This document shows, piece after piece, positions 1-12,200 of a DNA stretch of 64,000 nucleotides (positions are counted from its first letter, which is position 1; each line of letters starts with the position of its first letter). Source of the stretch: Pseudogymnoascus verrucosus (taxonomy: Eukaryota); the NCBI GenBank assembly GCA_001662655.1, contig KV460220.1. One strand, given 5' to 3'. The position numbers and the translations under genes are program-made. Under the pieces are notes generated by a model. It saw only the letters and a list, made by a program, of their open reading frames with translations, had not been told where the DNA came from and did no database searches.

Positions 1-30
1 AGCAATTGTCTCCACAACACAGCTGTCGCC

Positions 31-832
31 ATGCTCTCAACAAGTCGAGGGGCAGCCTTAAGGGCGATCAGCTCCAGTCCATCCATATCTATCCCCGCCT
101 TCCTCGTCCCGGCCTTCCAATCCTCGGCCAGAGCCTTCTCTGCGACCACCTCGACACAGTCGCAAATCGGCAGAGCACCCCTATCGATTCCTCCCGAGGT
201 CAACTTCACTGTCACTTACCCTACTGCGCCGAAGAATGCGCGCCCGTCGCCGGAGCAGCTGAGGCCGACTGTTAAGGTTGAGGGCCCGCTGGGGTCGCTG
301 TCGATGACAATCCCGCCGTTCGTCCATATCGAGCATGATACCGTTACGAAGAAGGCGTTTGTCACTGTTGAGGACAGGGAGGTTCGCAAGCAAAGGGAGA
401 TGTGGGGTATGATATAATCTAACCCGGTTGAGGGCGCAGTGCTGACATTGATATCCAGGAACCACAAGAGCTTACCTTCAAAACCACATCCTCGGAGTCT
501 CAGAAGGACACAACGCTATTCTCCGCCTCATCGGAGTCGGTTACAGAGCCTCAGTCGAAGATACTGCCACCACCAAAGAGCCGGAATACGATGGCCAGAA
601 GTTCGTAGTCCTCAAAGTCGGCTACTCACATCCTATCGAGTTGCCAGTGCCGAAGGGCATGACGGCCAGCACACCGCAGCCAACGAGAATATTGTTGGAG
701 GGCCCGGAGAAGGAAGTTGTTCTGCAGTTTGCTGCGGAGATTCGCCAGTGGAGGAAGCCTGAGCCATATAAGGGGAAGGGAATCTTCGTCAACGGCGAGA
801 CGATCAAGTTGAAGGCCAAGAAGATCAAATAG
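31..832 (+). CDS. MRPL6: Mitochondrial ribosomal protein uL6m; exons 31-406 and 459-832
   Basis: Arg/Ser-rich presequence, then SQIGRAP, VEGPLG, WGTTRAYLQNHILGVSEGH and RKPEPYKGKGI motifs. Intron 407-458 (GTATGA...GCTGAC...CAG) restores the frame. Confidence 0.95.
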
Positions 833-937
833 ACGATTCGTCCTTGTATTATATTGTTCTTATATTGTCATAGAATTGGAGGGTCCCAAGCGGATAGTTA
901 TACGATATGTAGAATCTATTTCAATTGTTCATATCTA

Positions 938-2014
938 CTATAGGTTTCCCTTCTTGCCAAGGACTTCCTTTACAACCTGAAGGACTTGTGCGTGAAGTGC
1001 CTGTGGTGCGGCAACGACACCCTTATTCTCAGCCAAAGTTCTACCCTTGCTGAAATCCAGACGTCTGCCTAGTGAATCCGTAACCTGTCCTCCTGCCTCT
1101 CTGACAATCAAGTCTCCAGCAGCGTGATCCCAGATCTTCTCCTGGTATGTTGCACTTGTAGGAAGTCTCAGGTAAATATCCCCTGCGCCGCGGGCGATCG
1201 AGGCATACTTGGCCTGCGAATCCATTCGCACGCTCGGCTTGCTGATCTGCAGCTTCTGGGCGATCTGAGATTGGTCGTCGTGAGACGAGTGGCCAGCCTC
1301 AACACTCTCGCAGAAAGTGGCATCGGTGATATCCTTCTTCTCGCTCATGCGGATCGGCTGGCTCTTCGCCAACGCACCGGCAGTGAGGGGTCGGCTGGTC
1401 GCACCTTGGCCTAGAACACCCGAGAAAAGGACACCCTTGCCCTCAGAGTCGGTCTGGTCCTTTCCAGCATCTTGTGTTAAAGGTGCGGAGTCGTCGATAG
1501 GAAGGTTGGGGCAGCCCAGAACTCCCACTTTAACATCCCCATCCACCATGAGCCCGAGACAGACGGCATATTGTCCACCACGAAGGAAGCCCTTGGTTCC
1601 GTCGATTGGGTCCAAGGCCCATATCCTTCCCTTATCACCTCCAGCGCTGTTGCCCGCATCAATGGCGTCGAGCATGGCCTCCACAGTTGGGATCGGTCCA
1701 CCGATCAGCTTCTCGGCCTCGGCATCGTCTAACCGGGTGCTGTTGACAAGCTCCCAAATCTGGTCGCGTAGCTTGGTATCCTCCCTCAACGAGCTCGCCT
1801 CCTCCTCTCCTACGACTTGGTCTTCCGGGAAGGCATACTTGATTGCCTGGATAATAAGAGCTTGGGCGCCGAAGTCGCCAATGGTGACCGGGGATTTGTC
1901 GTCCTTGTTGAGGGTTCCCTTGGCCTTCTCGTGGAAGACTTTCTTAGTGAGAATTGCAGCTCTTGTAACGGCAAGCTCGGCGACCAGGCGCTCTTTCTCG
2001 TATGTGTTTGCCAT
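938..2014 (-). CDS. MET22: 3'(2'),5'-bisphosphate nucleotidase (Hal2/Met22, inositol monophosphatase family); possible in-frame upstream ATG at 2185
   Basis: KDDKSPVTIGDFGAQ, WALDPIDGTKGFLRGGQYAV, RMDSQAKY and EKIWDHAAG motifs in an intronless ORF. Confidence 0.95.
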   Translation of the reverse strand: MANTYEKERLVAELAVTRAAILTKKVFHEKAKGTLNKDDKSPVTIGDFGAQALIIQAIKYAFPEDQVVGEEEASSLREDTKLRDQIWELVNSTRLDDAEAEKLIGGPIPTVEAMLDAIDAGNSAGGDKGRIWALDPIDGTKGFLRGGQYAVCLGLMVDGDVKVGVLGCPNLPIDDSAPLTQDAGKDQTDSEGKGVLFSGVLGQGATSRPLTAGALAKSQPIRMSEKKDITDATFCESVEAGHSSHDDQSQIAQKLQISKPSVRMDSQAKYASIARGAGDIYLRLPTSATYQEKIWDHAAGDLIVREAGGQVTDSLGRRLDFSKGRTLAENKGVVAAPQALHAQVLQVVKEVLGKKGNL

Positions 2015-2523
2015 CTTCGTTGTTGTTGATAGAAGGCGTGGAAGTGGGGCAAGGTGAACTGAGAGGAGGGAGATGCGGGGCACGAATCTAGCTATGAAGG
2101 CCAGCGTCACGACAAAGAGGGAAAAAATAATAAGTGACTTTGGTAGAAATCTATAAGCGGTTCGATTTGCACTGGAGGACAGCATAAATTCTTCTAACAA
2201 AGTAAAAGTTTACAATTAAACATAAGGAATCTCTTCCACGTCACTTCAAAACAAACTACATCACTAACGACATCGGCGTTCCTTTTCTAAGGTGCACCAA
2301 TACCCAGAACAACGGATAAACTTCCTCCGGACCTCCGACAACAATGACCTTTGACCCCAGCAAAAGCTGGTCTCTCCAAGAAGAGCTCCAGCAGTTGATC
2401 ACCCAGATCGAAGCAGTTCCCTTTTGGGTTGATGAATCCTCCTCCATCTGGCTCGAAGACACCGCCTCCTTTTGGCTCGACGATTCAAACTCATCCGCCA
2501 GCTCGGACGATTCATCCACAGAC

Positions 2524-3885
2524 ATGAACAACACAAAGCGCAAGTTCAATGCACTGCTAAACAGCATCGGCAGCTCCTCCTCCGACGATCTCACACGCAC
2601 CACCAAGCAGGCCCGAACATCCTACGACGGCGCCTTCCCCCGCTCCTCAACCTCCTCGCCCAACCTCTCTACCTCATCCCGTACAGCTGCAGTCGCGAGG
2701 ATGTCTAAAACCGATCTAAAGTTCGCGGCTGCCAACTCCGCAAAGGCGCGTGGAACCGATGAGCCCGTCACGAAACCGTCGTTCCTCCCCGGCGACCGCG
2801 AGGACTTCCTCGAGCGTCTGGCTACTTTCCGCAACTTGACAGATTGGATGCCAAAGCCGCCAAAGGTCAACGAGGTTGCATGGGCGAAGCGCGGCTGGGC
2901 CTGCCAGCGCCTTGAGCGCGTGCGCTGTGTCACCTGTAGCGTTGAGATCATGGTCAAGCTGAACAAACAGGAGGATGAGAATGGGAAGCTTATTAAGTTC
3001 GCTGGGATGGAGAGTGACATCGGTATGCACCCCTCTCCCCACAGATATTTGCTAGGCAATAACAAAAGCTAACAACATACAGAACAGGCATTAGTAGACA
3101 AATACGCCGACCTCATGATAACCTCCCACGACGTCCTCTGCCCATGGCGCAAACGCGGCTGCGACGACTCTATCTTCAAACAGCCAATCTACCCCATCAC
3201 CACCACCTTCCAGGCTCTGAAGTCACGCTACGACTCCCTCCTCCCCATAGCCGCTCTCCTCCCGGCTGAATCCGTCTTCCTCCTCCCACCAGCCTACGAC
3301 CTCGACGCTATCATCGCACAACTCCCACACCCATTCCCGGCAAATGAATCACAAGAAGCGCCGCTGAACCGCGTCGCTCTCCTACTCGCCCTCTTCGGGT
3401 TTACAGCTCGACCAGCACATGTTCCGAAACTCGGATCTGCGGACTGCCGTGTCTGTTTCCGCACCGTGGGGCTGTGGTTGTACAGGCCTAAGACAAGTAA
3501 GCCTGCGGATGGAAGTCCGGGAGTAGAGCGTGCAGCTGCTATGGCGTCACTTAACCCGCTAGAATGCCATAAGGAGTATTGTCCCTGGGTGAATGCTGGG
3601 AGTCAGAATGGTGGTGTAGCCGGTGGAAAGCCAATCTGGTCTATTCTGGGAGAGGCGATTGGGAGGGAGGATAAGGTTCGGAAGCAAGATGAAGCGGGGA
3701 AGGGGGAGAAGGGTGCTGCGGCTGGTGGGGAGGCGACGCATGTTGAGACGGAGGGAGATGCGCGGGATGAGGGGGAGTATGAGAAGATGAGGGATGAGAA
3801 GGATAAGGAGAGGTGGGCGAGGCTGAGGAAGGTGAAGAGCTTGTTTGAGGGGAAGGGGAAGAAGGTTGCGAAGACGAAGCATTGA
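2524..3885 (+). CDS. C3HC zinc-finger / Rsm1-like protein (NIPA/Pml39 family); exons 2524-3022 and 3083-3885; possible upstream ATG at 2344
   Basis: FLERLATF..W..KP..VNEVAWAKRGW.C....VRCVTC ... H...CPW repeat, and a second C..C...H.EYCPW repeat. Intron 3023-3082 (GTATGC...GCTAAC...CAG) restores the frame. Confidence 0.85.
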
Positions 3886-4505
3886 GGTTGGTTTATATGG
3901 GGTGTTTAGGAAGTATGGGATGCACTTTCGATGGACGTGCTGGAGCTGGCAAAAGGGATATATTACTGAGCGTGGCGAGGAGTTTGTAAGGATAGATACC
4001 CAAGTACTGTATAATGAATTCTCAATGGCAAGCATGTTATCTTACGCAATCCTCTCCATGTTATTCCTGGCATTCACATTCATAAAACTAGACAAAGACA
4101 GCAAAGACAGCAATAATGGAGTGTAGTGATATTCGTATTTTCAGCTCCCCATCCGATATCTACCTCCAACCCATCCAGCCCTCGGATCCCATAAAGATCA
4201 TGGTATATACCTCATATCTATCTAATCATAACAAATCTTCGCCATAACCAGGCCCCTTCCCGGGTCACTGGCCCACAAAATCCGCTCATATATTCCCAGA
4301 ACGCCAGCCGATATGCTCGCTATACAATAAAAATCAAAACGCTTCATTCAATGCCATCCCAATATCCATCCCATTGTAGTATCAGTATTCCCATTGCCCA
4401 TCTGCACATTGGCAGTTCAACCAGTTTCGAAGCCTCGAAAAACTAGAGGCTTCGTGTGTCGTCTATTCATCGTTTCTCATCGTTCTTGGAGCTGGGGCGA
4501 GTTGA

Positions 4506-4655
4506 TCAGTCGTCGTCGACGAGAGAGTCGCTGCCGCTTGAGCTTGAGCCCTGGCCGCCAGCTGCGTGGATGAGGCGGTGGATGCCGTAGGCGAGAGCGG
4601 TGATGATAATGAAGAGGATGATGATTATCACGGCGATGGTGACGTTTTGTTGCAT
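4506..4655 (-). CDS. Putative 49-aa single-pass membrane microprotein
   Basis: ATG in ACCATG context after a CA-rich leader. MQQNVTIAVIIIILFIIITALAYGIHRLIHAAGGQGSSSSGSDSLVDDD has one hydrophobic helix and a Ser/acidic tail, with C-ending codon bias. Confidence 0.55.
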   Translation of the reverse strand: MQQNVTIAVIIIILFIIITALAYGIHRLIHAAGGQGSSSSGSDSLVDDD

Positions 4656-5249
4656 GGTTGCGGTTGTGTGTGTGTGTAGTTGGGAGATTGAGAGTGTGGA
4701 TTGATAGCTGGAGGAAGGTATGTTAGTGAATGACTCTTTGAAAGGCGGAGTTGAGATGAGGTGGTGGGTGAGGTTGGAGACGTACTGGTTGGTATTCACA
4801 GTACACCTGGTGTAACTGATACTCTCACTCGGCAGGTTAAGCAGTAGCAAGTAGTAATAGCAACAGTAATAAACAATCTCAGACTCTTAATTCAATCCGT
4901 AAAACAGAAGTAAATTGGAGTAGATTATTGACAGCTTATATCAGGGTCTGAAAAGGTGCGGATAGATGGGATGTGCAGTTTTACCCAGCAGTTGGTCCCC
5001 CAAGCAACCTTTTGTACGCTCGTGGTTGCCATAATGATGTGGCAGGGCGAGAACTCGGTTCGCTGGGAAACGGAGGAGGCTGACACGCGAGGCTGGGATG
5101 TGGGGTTGGCCCGGCGCTGGTGGTTGGTACGGGCGGGCGCTAACTTGGTTAGTGGATTTTCACGTGATGAAAGGTACCCCATTAAAATGATAAGTAGAGG
5201 GATTTAGGTGCGTTTGTAGTGTATATGAGGTATAAAAAGTAAATGAGTG

Positions 5250-5347
5250 TATAGAGTAAGATATAAACCTAGTGTATAATATATAATGTTTTAGAATTAA
5301 TTCTAAAACATTATATATTATATACTAGGTTTATATCTTACTTTATA
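5250..5347. repeat. 98-bp near-perfect AT-rich palindrome centred on GAATTAATTC
   Basis: The arms pair about 5298/5299. The two mismatches (5254/5343, 5274/5323) are G opposite T, compatible with transitions. Confidence 0.85.
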
Positions 5348-5830
5348 GGATATTTTACTTATATAACATTATAGTAAATCTCTTTAGATTATATTTAAAC
5401 CTAGGGTAGGGGGTTAGTATATAAAGATAATAATAGTTCTTACCCTAGAGGAGATTAAGAAAGAAATGTAGGATTTGTTTAAATAAGGGTAGACTAATGT
5501 TACGGCTAAAACATGCAACCCATATGCTGCAGGATAGAATAATAAGGTAAAATAGCTTGCGGCTAATTGGTAGCAGGAAATGGACGCAGAGATTGTAGGT
5601 AGCTTAGTTAATAAAGGCACCTTTAGGAAAAGGTACCTTTCTTAGAAGGTACCTGTTAGAAGAGGGGTGCCTATTAGGAAAGGCACCTGTGTAGAGCAAG
5701 GTGCCTCCTTAGAAAGGCACCTATGGGAATCGGTACCTATAATAAGTATAGCACCTCTTATAGGACCTACACGTAATTAGATTAGTAGGAATAGTAAGAA
5801 TAGTTAGAGAGTTTACTATTCTAACTATTC

Positions 5831-5873
5831 NNNNNNNNNNNNNNNNNNNNNNNNNNNNNNNNNNNNNNNNNNN
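5831..5873. other. Assembly gap (43 N) inside an LTR-A copy
   Basis: Run of N. The complete LTR-A copies are 529-530 bp, so the gap is undersized. Confidence 0.99.
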
Positions 5874-7978
5874 TCTAATCCCCTGCCTCCTCTATTAAGT
5901 AAACTAACGTAACGAAACCTCTATGAGTCTTATAGTTTAAGACCTAGCGTTACACTTTAAGCACTACTTCTACAAGGTACTAGCTCATACACTAAAGCAA
6001 CCATAGCTCTAAATGTTCTAAGCCTAAGAGGAAGTGTTGTTAGACGACCTAACATACCTACCCTATAGTCGTCTTAGAGACCTACAACTAAGAACGAGGA
6101 GATGCCTAACGCGCCTATAACTTTAGAACTTAGGGAGGCCTTGCGTGTTAAGCTCCCTAACACTTATTCTAGCAATCGAAAGGAACTTAAAGTATTCCTA
6201 CTATAGGTTGAACTATACTAGCACTTTAACAACAACAAGTTCCCTACTAGAGAAAGCTATGCTCTATAGACTTCGTCCTACCTTTAAGGAGAGGCCCTTC
6301 GATGGATTAAACCCTTCCTTAAGGACTACTTCTAACACGAAAGTACTAACGGAAGCATAGCAGCTACCTAAACTATATTTAGCAGCTAGAAAGGATTCTA
6401 TAAGGAGATCTAACGTATGTTTAGAGATATTAACGAGATTAAGACTATAGTAGACTACCTGTTTGCGCTTAAACAGACAGGTAGCGCTCTTACGTACTCT
6501 ATAGAATTCTAGAGATATGGCAATTAGATAGGATAGGACGCTAGCGCGCTTATTAGCTACTACTAACGTAGGCTAAAGAGCTATGTATGTATAGAACTTG
6601 CCTACTTAGAGCAACAACTAACAGACATGGTAACGCTAATCGAGCATATAGTCCGAATCGACAATTAGCTATACGAATTCTAGAAGGAACGACGGACCTA
6701 TAACAAACCTAAGAAAAGTTATCCCTACTAAGGGAACGAAGGTAGACGATGGGAATAACACCTATAAGACAACTATTAGTTAGACCTAATGGAACTCGAT
6801 GCTACGTTTAAGCCTAGACGACCCTATAACCTAAAAAAGGACAAGTAAGTTAAAGAACGGCTTTGTTTCAATTGTAATAAGCTAGGTCACATGGCACGAG
6901 ATTGTAGATAGCTAAAAAAGGGAAACGGTAGACGTAAATTTAGCAAACAACTTAACGCTACCTAGTAAGGCTAAGGAGGCTATAACGCCCTAGGAATGTA
7001 GTTAAACGCTACGTTTGTAAATAAACAGGACTAGGGAATTAATGGCGATAGCACCCTAGAAGATGAAAGCTTAGACGAGGGATTAGAGGTAGAATCTCTT
7101 ACCGTCTTAGAATAGGGAACCTTTAAAGAGCTCGTACCTATAGAACTAATGAGTCTGTAGTGTAAGAGCGTAGTACAACGCATGGCAAAACACGCCTACT
7201 TAAAGATTAAGGACGAACGAGGCAAGCCTAGCGCTCTAAGGAGAATTCCTATGCTTAAGGGCATCTATAGGGACCTGTTATAAGGACTCCCGTTAGAATG
7301 TAAGGTAGACGACTGCAAAGACGACCTCTAGAGATACTACGACATACTAACTAACGAGCTTAGACGGCTTAGAACGACATTAGAGATAGAAGACTTCTTA
7401 GTCTAAGAAGTAGGAAGACTATAAACGGATGTTAAGCATATGGCTACGCTAAAGAGCGTGAAAAGCGTTAAACTTTACTACTAGGACAGAAAGAGGGCCC
7501 TAAAGAAGTACGACAAGAAAGCTAGAGATATGATTTAATAGGAGAACACAAGACCTACTACCTAACTAGAACGGAGAGCTATAGAACAATTAGAGACGTT
7601 TACTACGCCTCTAAGGGAAGATAGTAAATAGGTAAAAGGACAACAGGAATTAGTAAGGGCAGATGTAACAGAGACTAATCATCCCTAGCATGCATATGTC
7701 TACTAGGAGTACTATAGTAAAGACGACTATAAACTCTACTAGAGAAAGAAACACTAGCATTAGTTATTCCCTTAATCCTTACCTAAGATACACTTTTAAG
7801 ACGTAGAATAGGTTTATGCCCTTAGATGCAGCTAGTCTAAAGGAGAATTACCTATAAAAAATGAATAGGTATACAAGAGATACCTATACCTACTAAAAGA
7901 GGCAGTAAGACAAGAAGGACTGCCCTCATTAGGACTGCTAATAGAGGACGATGAATATTATTCTCCCTCTAACGAATC

Positions 7979-7985
7979 AAAAAAC
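7979..7985 (+). promoter_or_regulatory. Putative -1 ribosomal frameshift heptamer (A AAA AAC) at the gag-pol junction of family A
   Basis: AAAAAAC followed directly by TAG, just upstream of the protease region. The same motif is at about 20367-20376 on the minus strand in element 2. Confidence 0.55.
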
Positions 7986-9203
7986 TAGGAGTCCTTGACA
8001 GTAGGCTACTAGCAAGCGACAAAAAGAGGCCTAGTGTAAAACAGCTATGTTGTAATGCTAGGTCTTAACTACAAGACTTATAGAGGTTTCGTTGCGTTAG
8101 TTTACTTAACAGAGGAGGCAGGGGATTAGACATAGAGGCTTTTATAAAACACGTTATAGTATATAACAAAATACTATATTGAGTTGAGCATAAAGCTCCT
8201 ATCTAAGAACTATCTATCTACTTATATAGTAGCGTTATGCTAAAGGGAATAGTTAGAATAGCAGACTCTCTAACTATTCTCACTATTCCTACTAATCTAA
8301 TTACATGTGTGTCCTATAAGAGGTGCTATACTTATTATAGGCACTGTTTCCTATAGGTGCCTTCCTAAGGAGGCACCTTACTCTATATAGGTGCCTTTCC
8401 TAATAGGCACCTCTCCTTTGCTAGGTACCTTCTAAGAAAGGTACCTTTCCCTAGAGGTGCCCTTATTAACTAAGCTACCTATAGTCTCTATGTCCATTTC
8501 CTACTGCTAATTAGCTGTAAGCTATTTTACCTTATTATTCCATCTTATAGCATATGGGTTGCATGTCTTAGCTATAACACTAAGTCCCCTCCCTTAAGGC
8601 CTAGTCCTATAGGCCTTGCTAACTAAGAGTCCCGCTAGCCTACTTAAGCATAGTAGGTCCCTTATATTTATAGGGTAGGTAAGGCCACAACCATGTCTTC
8701 CTCTAAACACTTAAAAATCAAAGAACGTAAACTACTTGCTAACTACATAACCTACGAAGGGGTTGAAATGCCTTCCTGTTCCTACTACGAGAAACGAGGT
8801 CTCTACTACCTTGCTTCTACATCTTTAAAGCAATGTAATGAATGTGTTCGTTCGAATTCTTGCAACTATAACGTCTCTAGCCCTTCTACTAGCAACTAGC
8901 TATAAGAAGGATGCCTCCTTACTTAGGTTAGTTACAGTCGTTACGTGCCGCCCCTAAGACTTAGGGCAGTTATGGTTTAATCGCAACTGCAAGCCTTAGG
9001 CACATAGCGTAAGGAAGCCTTAGGTAAATAGGGGGTTAGTCGTGTTAGAGGAGTTCTAGGTATAGAAGGAAACAGGAACGGAGGGTTCCCCCTTTATCTT
9101 TTTTATATCCTTCGTAGTAGACCTATAGGATTGTACCGACTTCTATCTAACTCGCACTCCTATATGCAATTGCTTGTAATATAGTGCCCTATGTCCTTAC
9201 ATT

Positions 9204-9216
9204 ATACAAAAAAGAT
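9204..9216 (+). promoter_or_regulatory. Self-priming primer-binding site of family B (Tf1/sushi-type)
   Basis: ATACAAAAAAGAT just after the 5' LTR is the exact reverse complement of ATCTTTTTTGTAT inside the LTR (16503-16515; RIP variant at 9096-9108). Confidence 0.7.
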
Positions 9217-12200
9217 TACGCCTGCTAGGGACAGCTGTACTTAAATAATATCCTACAACTAGAACGACTTAGGAGAACTGTTGAAACACCACCGACTGCA
9301 ACTTAGTAACATTTCAAAGTAGAGACCTAACGACTTTAAATAGCTGTAACCCTAGAGAACTTACGGACAACTAGTGGATTAGGGTTTAATCCTATAGAGC
9401 AAGCTAGTAAAGTCGCTAACGTGTTAGCGCTAAATAGGATATGAGATCCTTAAGAACCCCCTTAAGCATAGAGGCAATTGTGAACAAGAGTGTTGATAGC
9501 TACGAGCTACTAGAAGTTAAACTCTTTTGTATTGACACTAATACACCCCTAAACTAATATGAGGAAAATGACCTTAAACATCCCCTAAGACAATGATGGT
9601 TAACTGTTACGAATGTTAACGAGACAAACTACTGCTATAGCTACAACTACTGCACCTACTAATGACATACTAGATTAAATGGCAAACCTTAAGATCTAGA
9701 TGCAAGAGATTAAGGAAATGATAGCTAACCTAGTAGCAACCTAGACTAGAATACTGTCTACGCTACTAGTAGACACCGTTAAAGTTAGGGAGCGACGAAC
9801 TTCCCCTATGCAAAACACCCCTAAGACAGTTTAGTTGCTGCCTCTTTAAAACACTCGTTCTCTATCGATTCTAAGGATGTATTCTAAAGACCCTCTAAAT
9901 CGCTATAAGAAATCCACTATCTCTAAGAAGATTACGCTGCTTAGCAATAGGATAGAACATACCTTTATGCAATAGAGCGTGTCTATTTAGGACCGCCTCG
10001 TAGTTAATGAGGACTACTACCCTACTAACGTCTTAAGAAGAGCGTTAATATAGGGAACTACAACTAGCCTAGTAAAGAAATACCTCGAACCCTAATACCT
10101 GTCTACGACACATAGGTTTCGGAGTGCCGACGAGATAATGGACCTGTTAGGTTTATATTACCTTACTAGCAACAAAACGGAACAGGCCTAGAACCTCTTC
10201 GATGACCTCTAAATAGGAGAGAAAGGACATACAAACGAGACTTTCTTAGAGTTTAAAGCTCGCTTCTAAAGTGCAGCTATTATAGGACAGGTTACTAAGT
10301 TGGAATGGTTTTAGTATATGTAGAACAAGTTAACCCCTCAATTCCATAGCTGCGTAGCGGTTATTAAAAGTTAATGGAAGGGAGACTACTACACTATAGT
10401 CTAAGAACTCACTGCCTTTAATTAGGAGCGGCGCTAGAACAATGAGTTGAGCTTCCTGTCTAAGAGCAGCGAGTCGAGCTCCTAAGGACCCGCCTGCCTA
10501 AGCTCATCTAGGTTTACGCCTATGGACCCTAGAAAGGCCTAGCTACTAAGGTAGACAAGAAACCCTCTAGTTTCCTTCTAGAGGACTCCCTTTACGCCTA
10601 CGGCCCCTAAGCTAGACATTACAGGCTACGTGCAGACCGCTGTGCTAGCTACGTCTAGGAACTGTTTTAAGTGCAGCAAGCTAGGCTATTTCTAAGACAA
10701 ATGCCCGCTTAACCCCACTGTTAAGGAGATTGACGGCGAAGCCCCTAAGGACGAAGAGCAGTAGGAGGAAGCAGTCGCCTACTAGTCGGATGCGTCCCTA
10801 GAGGAAAACGACGAGGCCTAGGGAAAGGCTCCTTCCTAGGTCTATGTAAATGTAATCTATAAGGACTGGATTTATAAGAACTCTTAGGAGGCTCCTAATT
10901 TCTCGTCGATATAACCCTAAGTATAAACGGACTTAGGGTGCAAACGAAGTCACTTGCTAACATAGGAGCAAATGGCTACCTCGTCATTAATAAGCCTTTT
11001 GCGTAACGACTGTCGAAAGCGCTCTAGAGCCCTATACGGAAACTGCCCTACTCTGTACCTATACGTGGATTTCAGCGAAATATCTAAAGCTACGTGTCAG
11101 AGTATATTCAGTTATACTTAACAGTTAAAGGACGCCAAATCTATAACTGCCCCTTTGTGCTCCTAGATCTTAGAGCGCAAGATGTGATAATTAGGAAGAA
11201 GCTTTTTAGCCACTTCTAAATCCTACTCGACTCTACAAAGAGCTAGCTAGTATGGCTAAAGGAGTACCTGCCTACTCCTAGCTAGAGCAAAGAGATTACC
11301 TTGCCCTACTACTTACGTGAACTGTCTATACGTTACCCCGCCTATTAATTAGATGCGAACCAGCAGGATGATGCTATCGACTATAACGACAGATGACGTA
11401 AGGGCAGACGCTCGATGTAAATAAAAGTGATAACGGCCTATTATAACGCCATTATCGTTACCCTACTAAGTACAGTGCGAGACGATAGACCAACTAACCT
11501 ACACCCTAAAACCCTAAGGCTACAGGCCTCGCCTATGGAAACCTATAAAGACAGACCCTCTAAGTAAGCAGAGGCGAATCCTCTAAGAAATAGACTATCC
11601 GCATATAAGAGAAGGAATCATAGGAGAAGCAGAGCTGTCCCTCCCTCCTAACGCTAGACCCTGTTACGCAGCTTTACGCCAGTCTAAATTTATAAGATTA
11701 GTGCAAACGCTTTCTACTATAAGATGATGCGGAGCGACTCCGAGTTCTTTACAACAAGCATCTACGAGATCAACTAGGTCATCTAGGAGAGGGAAGCGGC
11801 TAAGGACAAAGAAACGCTCCGCCTTATTTAGGACAAGCTTCTATAGATGCACCGTAACTATTCCGATGTCTTTTTGAAGTCGGAATCTAATTAGCTTCCC
11901 CTACATTACATATACGATTATAGGATATAGCTAGAAGCCCCTTTACTAAACGCCTTCTTGCTACTATACTAACAAAGCACTGAAGAGCTTAAGGCGACTA
12001 AGTAATACCTATTAGAGAACCTTAAGAAGGGCTTTATAGTCAATAGCAATAGCCCGTTTGCCTCCCCTATACTATTTGTAAAGAAGGTAGATGGCAAACT
12101 GAGATTTTGTATCGACTACTAGAAGTTAAACAGACTAACCTATAACGACCCCTACCCTATCCTACGTATCGACGAACTACTAGGATAGGTAGCAAAAGCA

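Noticed and set aside
1124..2057. Long plus-strand ORFs opposite MET22, and similar antisense ORFs over acuK, GH55 and the protease
   Set aside because: Shadow ORFs caused by the codon bias of the real gene on the other strand.
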